64,000 nt of DNA from an uncultured Spirochaetota bacterium (GTDB lineage Bacteria; Spirochaetota; Spirochaetia; SZUA-6; Fen-1364). The notes under the pieces were generated by a model. It was not told where the DNA came from, made no database searches, and saw only the letters and a list, made by a program, of their open reading frames with translations. Below are positions 58,375 to 64,000 of the stretch, one piece after another. How positions within the stretch are numbered: position 1 is the stretch's first letter; each line of letters starts with the position of its first letter. The DNA lies in assembly GCA_963781885.1 (NCBI GenBank), contig CAWAHW010000004.1:704001-768000 (forward strand), read 5' to 3'. The position numbers and the translations under genes are program-made.

Positions 58375-58818
58375 CTATGGCATGTCTTCACGAGGCTTCA
58401 GCTCCTGCAATAGCGAATACTTTTGAATCGTCAGGAGGTAGAGCTCCTTGACCATGTAGAGGCGAAAGCTTCTGTAGGGAGTGAGCATACCAAGCTGGGA
58501 CCAGAAGGCTTGCGGAATCTGCTCAAGATCTCCTATCTTTTCTCGAAGCTCTCGAATGGCTTTCCTCAACCGGGCCACTTCCGCCCCGCGGACCGAGAGA
58601 AGGATTTTGAAGTCCCCTTCGATGTTTGGCAGGAAATCCTTCTGCCTTCTCTCGCTTCGAAGAACATAGCCTCTACATTCTCCAGGGTAGTAGTAATAGG
58701 CTGGGATGATTCGTCCTTCGGTGAAAACGAAATCCGTTCCCTCAGCTTCATCGCCACATGCGTCGATAAACATGGAAACTGGATCACTCTTGGCAGTTGG
58801 GTGGATTCGTAGCTTCAT
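58375..58818 (-). CDS. Hypothetical protein
   Basis: 147-aa ORF divergent from the ardC operon. Confidence 0.6.
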   Translation of the reverse strand: MKLRIHPTAKSDPVSMFIDACGDEAEGTDFVFTEGRIIPAYYYYPGECRGYVLRSERRQKDFLPNIEGDFKILLSVRGAEVARLRKAIRELREKIGDLEQIPQAFWSQLGMLTPYRSFRLYMVKELYLLTIQKYSLLQELKPREDMP

Positions 58819-58827
58819 GGTTTATTA

Positions 58828-58856
58828 TTGCGTTCTGCTTTATTTCAGTGTACAAT
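58828..58856 (+). promoter_or_regulatory. Promoter of the ardC operon
   Basis: TTGCGT-N17-TACAAT; spacer holds TGCTTTATTT, a reversed operator half-site. Confidence 0.65.
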
Positions 58857-58869
58857 AGTTTTGGCTTGA

Positions 58870-59259
58870 ATGGCAGCAATGAAATTCTCTAAAGTACGTT
58901 CTGAGGGCACCTTGAGTATCAGATTGCGATTCACTGGCCCGCCGAAAGGAGAGTCTATGAGCTTCACCAAAAAATCGGGCACCGCGGCCCGTTTCACACA
59001 CCTTGCAGGACAGCAGCTCACCGACGAGCATGGCAAACCTTTTATCAACGACACCATCGATGGTGACACGGGCGCGATACTACGTTTCAAGAACGGTTAC
59101 CTTGACGGAGGAAAACTTCCTGCCATTGAATGCGACGATGCCCACATGGAGTTCTACAAGGACGGACAGTTGCATCGAGAGGATGGCCCCGCTGTGGTAT
59201 CCGACTACGGCAAGGTCAAAGAGTATTGGAAGAATGGCCGCCGCGCCTCAAATCCGTAG
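58870..59259 (+). CDS. Hypothetical protein with LHREDGPA-type beta repeats
   Basis: FYKDGQLHREDGPAV..EYWKNG repeat pattern. Confidence 0.65.
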   Translation: MAAMKFSKVRSEGTLSIRLRFTGPPKGESMSFTKKSGTAARFTHLAGQQLTDEHGKPFINDTIDGDTGAILRFKNGYLDGGKLPAIECDDAHMEFYKDGQLHREDGPAVVSDYGKVKEYWKNGRRASNP

Positions 59260-59280
59260 CACCTTGAGAGGACAGCCATT

Positions 59281-60102
59281 ATGACGATCAATCATGACGA
59301 TGATGCTTTCACCAGAGATGTCGCCTCCCGGATAAGCCGAATGACCCTTGAAGGGAAGGCGCCCTGGCTCAAGGACCACCCTGCAGGCGCCGCAGAAGTC
59401 GCCTACTACCCCTTCATCGACCCCGCGGCTATCTACACTGGAGTCAACGCCGTTCTTCTTGATCTTGTCGCCGCGGAACGCGGCTTCAAGGATCCCCGCT
59501 GGATTCCCATGGCCATGGCGGAGTCAAACGGACTCGCTCCCAAATACGGTGAAAAGCCGGTTTGCCTTGCGTTCCGCAACAGGTTTGTCGAGGTCACGGA
59601 TACAAATCCCATTAGTGGAACTATTGCATCGGCCCTTTCCGACGGTGCAAAGCGGATCAGCTACTACTATGTCTACAATGCCGAGCAGATTCGGGGCATG
59701 CCTCCATTACAGAAGGAACGGGATACAACTCTTGTCAAGATGAAGACGCAAAACGCACTCAAAAACACTGGCGCGAAGCGCACCTCAGAGCTGATCCAAT
59801 CCTTTTCCAGCCAATTGCCCAGCCACAATTGCGATGCAAAAGAGACGCTGGCCGCGATTGCAAAGTACCGACTTGCTTGCCAGCTGCGCCTTCCTTACAA
59901 GGCTGAGGTCAACCTTGAAAAGGTGCGTCGTGAAGTTCAGAAAAAAGATCAAGACTCTCTCCTTCGTGCCGCCTACTATGCGGCAAACGATGCCTCCATT
60001 GCGACCAATCCCGGAAAGGCTTTGGTTGTAGAGCCGCGCAGAACCATTCAGAGGGATCCAGAATTATCGCATCAAAGAAGCTCGCGCGGTATCGAGCGTT
60101 AG
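59281..60102 (+). CDS. ArdC-like ssDNA-binding domain protein lacking the protease motif
   Basis: APW, YTGVN..L, DPRW and VYNAEQ motifs; no HExxH. Confidence 0.75.
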   Translation: MTINHDDDAFTRDVASRISRMTLEGKAPWLKDHPAGAAEVAYYPFIDPAAIYTGVNAVLLDLVAAERGFKDPRWIPMAMAESNGLAPKYGEKPVCLAFRNRFVEVTDTNPISGTIASALSDGAKRISYYYVYNAEQIRGMPPLQKERDTTLVKMKTQNALKNTGAKRTSELIQSFSSQLPSHNCDAKETLAAIAKYRLACQLRLPYKAEVNLEKVRREVQKKDQDSLLRAAYYAANDASIATNPGKALVVEPRRTIQRDPELSHQRSSRGIER

Positions 60103-60129
60103 CCATACACCTTGCTGCAGAGGTAGATC

Positions 60130-61110
60130 ATGACTGCAAGCGATGCAGGAAGCCCTCGACTCTCGTATCCAGAAAAAGTGACCCAGCGTATCATCGAATG
60201 TCTTCAAAAGGGTACGGCTCCGTGGATACGTCCGTGGGAAGCAGGAAGCGTACCGGACCGTCCCTATAATCCTGTTTCCCAGACCATCTACCGCGGGCTT
60301 AACACTATCTATTTGAGCGTTGCAGCGATAGCGAACGGGTATAACGATCCTCGTTGGATGACCTTTCTGCAATGCAATAATAAGGGTTGGAATGTCCGAC
60401 GAGGCGAGCACGCTGAAACCATTTGCTATTTCTCCCGCACAACGACAAAGACAGAAGAAGATCCTGACACCCACGAGAAAGTGAAGCGCGCCTATCGCCT
60501 GGATCGTCCCATTTTTCGCTACGCCTGCGTGTTCAACGCATGCCAAGTCGAAGGTATTGAGCCGCTTGATCGTGGATCCATAGAGCTGAAATTTGATTCC
60601 CTTCAGAAGGCAGAAGAACTCATACGGTCTCACAATCCTGCCATTATCCATGACCAAAACGACGCATGCTTCTATAGGCCCTCCACCGACTCCATCCATC
60701 TGACCCCGATGGCTCAATTCAAGTCGCAGGATCTTTACTACGCTACCGTGCTCCACGAGATGGGCCACTGGACAGGACATTCAACCAGGCTTGACCGGGA
60801 CATCTCGAATCTTTATGGCACCCCGGCTTACGCCCGCGAGGAATTGCGTGCCGAGATCGCCTCATACATGCTCTCATCAGATATCGGCATCTCGCACGAT
60901 CCGAGCAACCACGCCAGCTATATCGCTTCATGGATTGAGGTCCTAAACCAAGACAAAACCGAGATCTTCAAAGCTTCCAATGACGCGGAGAAGATACTCC
61001 ATTTCATAACAGGCCCGGGTAGGAGCATCGACAATTCGTTGGAGGATACAATCGAGAGCCCTGATCGAGTAGCTATGGAAAGATCGAGTGTTTTTGAAAT
61101 CGGGGCATAA
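60130..61110 (+). CDS. ardC: Antirestriction protein ArdC (ssDNA-binding + metallopeptidase-like)
   Basis: APWIRPW, YRGLN, DPRWMTF, LHEMGHWTG, YAREELRAE and SYIASW motifs. Confidence 0.93.
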   Translation: MTASDAGSPRLSYPEKVTQRIIECLQKGTAPWIRPWEAGSVPDRPYNPVSQTIYRGLNTIYLSVAAIANGYNDPRWMTFLQCNNKGWNVRRGEHAETICYFSRTTTKTEEDPDTHEKVKRAYRLDRPIFRYACVFNACQVEGIEPLDRGSIELKFDSLQKAEELIRSHNPAIIHDQNDACFYRPSTDSIHLTPMAQFKSQDLYYATVLHEMGHWTGHSTRLDRDISNLYGTPAYAREELRAEIASYMLSSDIGISHDPSNHASYIASWIEVLNQDKTEIFKASNDAEKILHFITGPGRSIDNSLEDTIESPDRVAMERSSVFEIGA

Positions 61111-61203
61111 AGCAAAAGGCCGCTTCAGCCTTGACGAGTACCGGCTCTTAGGGCAAGTGCTTGGGTTGGCTCAGGACATTCCAGATTCGGATATGTCCCA
61201 CCA

Positions 61204-61923
61204 TCAAAGCTCCATGCCGCCTCGATCACGATCAGAACGCCTGACGATACTTTCATCGCTCAATTGCTTGCTCAAAATATCAATACTGGGGATTGGAAAC
61301 ACCTGAGAAGCCCTGGCGGCCTGGACCCGAAGTTCTTCACGAACCTTGGCTTCAACCTTCGCCAAATCGCCATCTTCATAGAAGGTTAACGCCCGCAGGC
61401 ACTCTGCCGGAGCGAATGCAGAACCATACATTGCCCTCGCCGCTCCAAGCCCTTGACTCAAGCTCGATCCGCCACGCAAGAGTTCGGCGATGTCGATGTA
61501 GTCCTTGGCCTCTGCTCGCTGCATGATTACTTTGAGTTTCGTCGCCAGGAGATCAAGCGGCGATGCGACCAAGAGAATGCCATCACTGGTCTGGCTTGGG
61601 GCACCAACCCGCCCCATACCCAAGTCGCCAAAGAATGACAGCTTCACGTTGCCAGGTTCGGTAAACAGGGAGAGGGAGTTCTTCTCATCCTGAACGACAT
61701 GAAAAGCAATGCCGGATTTTTGCAGCTCATGATGGATAAGAGTTTGATTCAATTGCCTGTCTGTGAAAAAGTCGAAATCGATCGATGCGCGATGTCCACA
61801 CCACAGGGCGACAGCGGTGCCGCCGTACAGAACGAGGCCGTTGGTTTTCGTCCACGCCAAGGCAGGCCAGATCTGTTTTTGGGTTTCAGGCAGTATTTCC
61901 GAATGCTCTTTGAATGAGGTCAT
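61204..61923 (-). CDS. AbiEii-family nucleotidyltransferase toxin
   Basis: LYGGTAVAL.GHR.SIDFDFF and KL..R...KDYID motifs. Confidence 0.9.
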   Translation of the reverse strand: MTSFKEHSEILPETQKQIWPALAWTKTNGLVLYGGTAVALWCGHRASIDFDFFTDRQLNQTLIHHELQKSGIAFHVVQDEKNSLSLFTEPGNVKLSFFGDLGMGRVGAPSQTSDGILLVASPLDLLATKLKVIMQRAEAKDYIDIAELLRGGSSLSQGLGAARAMYGSAFAPAECLRALTFYEDGDLAKVEAKVREELRVQAARASQVFPIPSIDILSKQLSDESIVRRSDRDRGGMEL

Positions 61924-62207
61924 GAGACTCTCCGCAAAGGCAAGGGCGGCAAGGTAGCATCTGATAGTCCGTTAAGCAGGTATTGCCAGTATGACCAGGA
62001 GCGAGGACGGAATTGTCCCGCCTCGGCATTTTGCAGCGTCTGACGCAGCGCATCCTCACCAACGATACCCACTAGTTTGTGAATATCCTCAAAAGTGCCG
62101 ATGTCCATGATCCGGGCGATGACCCGCTGCGGGTATTCCATGGCCTCTTCCGGTGGAAGCCACCAAGTATAGCTTCTTGCCAGCTCAAGCAGTCTTGGAT
62201 CACTCAT
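61920..62207 (-). CDS. Putative cognate antitoxin
   Basis: YTWW..RVIARIMDIGT..W.YW pattern; ATGA overlap with the toxin. Confidence 0.75.
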   Translation of the reverse strand: MSDPRLLELARSYTWWLPPEEAMEYPQRVIARIMDIGTFEDIHKLVGIVGEDALRQTLQNAEAGQFRPRSWSYWQYLLNGLSDATLPPLPLRRVS

Positions 62208-62419
62208 TTCTTTGTACCCGCGTGATCCGGGGGCTTGTTCGGATAGACGGTAAATGATCCGTCTTTGTTTTCCCTGATGTAGGCCGTCATGCCTTTCACG
62301 AGGCCCAGAGAGCGCACCAAGTCAGCAGGGAGACTCATTCGCATAGATTGTGCAAATGTGCCATTATTCGCTTGGAAAGTAGAGGCAAACAGACCTGATT
62401 CTGTTTTTGATTTCCCCAT
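62204..62419 (-). CDS. AbrB/MazE-like DNA-binding protein
   Basis: SMRMSLPADLVRSLGLVKG..Y..DG.F.V.P swapped-hairpin pattern. Confidence 0.75.
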   Translation of the reverse strand: MGKSKTESGLFASTFQANNGTFAQSMRMSLPADLVRSLGLVKGMTAYIRENKDGSFTVYPNKPPDHAGTKK

Positions 62420-62425
62420 GATCGT

Positions 62426-62454
62426 ATAGTACCCGCTGCCTATCGGGTTGTCAA
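62426..62454 (-). promoter_or_regulatory. Promoter of the AbrB-TA operon (leaderless geometry)
   Basis: TTGACA-N17-TACTAT ending 6 nt before the ATG; ACCCG..CGGGT inverted repeat over the spacer. Confidence 0.7.
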
Positions 62455-62551
62455 GGCGAGGCGCGTCAAGTATCGAATCAACGATCGCAAAGAGCGGGCA
62501 AGAATATTTTTGGATTCGTATGCCAAGCGAAACCAGGCCAGACCTTCCCCA

Positions 62552-64000
62552 TCACCCAAGCTCCTGCTCAATTCCACTTTTTCCATAGGAGGCCACAGGA
62601 TCGCGTGCCCTGGAAAGGTCCACTTCTTTTCGTAGCCTCACAGCAATGCCGTTGAAGATATAAAACCGCCTTACCCTTTCTCTAACGCCGCTCAAACCGC
62701 CTTCGCCACCAAGATACTTCTCAAGCCCCGAAGCTGTGATCAGGTAGGCCCCGTACTTCACTCCCTCCGGCTCCAATATCTTTTTTACAAGGACATCTCC
62801 AGCACAGATAGTGCCCTTGTTTCTCACATATGAACCGGCAAGGCCATCCCCATTCCCCTCGATCCAGGTCGGTCCTTTTTCGTCAAAGTCCCGTATTGCC
62901 TCTTCTACGATATTCATTGCCCTTTCGGCTCGAAGGCATTCTTCGTTGAGCGCCTTTTCGAGGTTCGCAATAATCATTCCAGGTAGTTCAAGTCCATAGA
63001 GATTCTTTGTCTTTTCCAGAACTTGCTCTACCGTAGTGAGGGCTTCCTCGTCCTTTCTCGGCATCATGACCGTCACGATGCTATTGAGATATCGTTCTAT
63101 CTCCTCACTTACCTTATCCGCGGGCCATGTTTCAAGGCCTTCCCAATCAATTCGACAGTCTTCGCTCCTGTCTTTGTTTTTCTCGTTGTGCTCCTGGATG
63201 GCCTGGACTACCACTTTGTAACGTGCTTCCTTTTCATTCAGTTCTGCGGTTTTGCTGAACTCACTCGATGCCATTTTTTCAAGTCCAGGCCTGGTCGACA
63301 CCCTGCTTTTCAGCATCTTCTCTTGGTAGTCCAGCTTGCCGTCCATGCCCTTATAGATAGAATGGTGAAAAGATCGTATGAGGCCGATGGGATCTGAATC
63401 CACCCTTATATCCGAACCATAGGCATAGAATGTGGCTTTCACATATATTTCAGCAAGGTGATTTTCCCACAATCCGTTTACGCGAACCATGACTGGGTAG
63501 CCCGCATAGGTTCCTACCACTTTCTCAGCCTCTTTTTGGCTTGCCCGTGCCTTCTCATTCAATAGCTTCGCTTCCCTCAATATCTCAAGCCCTGCTTCCC
63601 GCCTTTCCCCGTACTCTCGCCCATTTATGACCATGATGAACTCTTCCCCTTTTGACTCCGGCGCCCTCAGGGATATGTCCTTCCTTATCTTCTCGGTTTC
63701 TTCTTTGAGCCGCTTGGTCTCAGAGGGCAGCAGACTCAGTTGACGCGCGGCGCTTGCCACTTCGTTTCGGAATCCCTTCTGAAACGATTTTAGCTTTTTG
63801 ACCGCATGATCCAGCTCAATCGCCTCTTTCATCAGAGGATTGTCTATCGAAAGCTCTTTCACGCTGCCGTAGTAGTTTTCTTCTATCTCCCGCGTGGCCT
63901 TGTCCGAACCATCCATAACTTGGCGAATGGCGATAGCCTTTGTTTCCAAGACATTCCACAGGCCAGTATCCAGCGATCCCTTTGTCACCATGTTATACAC
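62552..64000 (-). CDS. C-terminal part of a large SNF2-helicase/methylase-type (DarB-like) protein
   Basis: VTKGSLD..LW..LETK...IRQVM and NPLMKE..ELD motifs, coiled-coil tail; runs off the window end. Confidence 0.7.
   Translation of the reverse strand: MYNMVTKGSLDTGLWNVLETKAIAIRQVMDGSDKATREIEENYYGSVKELSIDNPLMKEAIELDHAVKKLKSFQKGFRNEVASAARQLSLLPSETKRLKEETEKIRKDISLRAPESKGEEFIMVINGREYGERREAGLEILREAKLLNEKARASQKEAEKVVGTYAGYPVMVRVNGLWENHLAEIYVKATFYAYGSDIRVDSDPIGLIRSFHHSIYKGMDGKLDYQEKMLKSRVSTRPGLEKMASSEFSKTAELNEKEARYKVVVQAIQEHNEKNKDRSEDCRIDWEGLETWPADKVSEEIERYLNSIVTVMMPRKDEEALTTVEQVLEKTKNLYGLELPGMIIANLEKALNEECLRAERAMNIVEEAIRDFDEKGPTWIEGNGDGLAGSYVRNKGTICAGDVLVKKILEPEGVKYGAYLITASGLEKYLGGEGGLSGVRERVRRFYIFNGIAVRLRKEVDLSRARDPVASYGKSGIEQELG

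Larger units (their letters stand above)
8674..64000. mobile_element. Integrative conjugative element inserted at tRNA-Arg (right end outside window)
   Basis: Integrase next to the tRNA, drop in GC, and relaxase, VirD4, Trb, ParAB and ArdC genes plus defence cargo; no second att copy found. Confidence 0.85.

Noticed and set aside
8674-64000. Prophage interpretation
   Set aside because: No terminase, capsid, tail or lysis genes; conjugation genes are present instead.

Overview
Bases 1-8673 are intact, high-GC chromosomal backbone, probably from a Spirochaetia-like bacterium (inferred from the gene families). They carry an acyltransferase, a HAD hydrolase, a GNAT protein, eno, rpiA, a PAS-PP2C phosphatase, rlpA and tRNA-Arg(CCT). 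From the tRNA 3' end onward the window is the left >55 kb of an integrative conjugative element whose far end is outside the window. In order it carries: a tyrosine integrase; a beta-propeller lipoprotein; a four-gene operon under a consensus promoter; and a defence island. The island holds a GmrSD-like gene split by a complete IS1380, three genes bounded by eroded integron attC-like sites, a Zn-finger plus TM/3xS1 pair, and a DISARM-related SNF2/MTase/YprA-helicase locus with an inserted HNH-DGQH gene. Next come an ankyrin gene, a sigma-like module, and a second tyrosine recombinase whose 3' end is duplicated around a KAP NTPase and followed by a diadenylate-cyclase-like gene. The backbone follows: relaxase-virD4-RHH-trbBCD, parAB, two ardC genes, an AbiEii TA operon and a partial helicase. 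Many element genes carry single-base frameshifts, probably read errors, so joined gene models are approximate. All calls come from motif reading by eye; no database searches were run.
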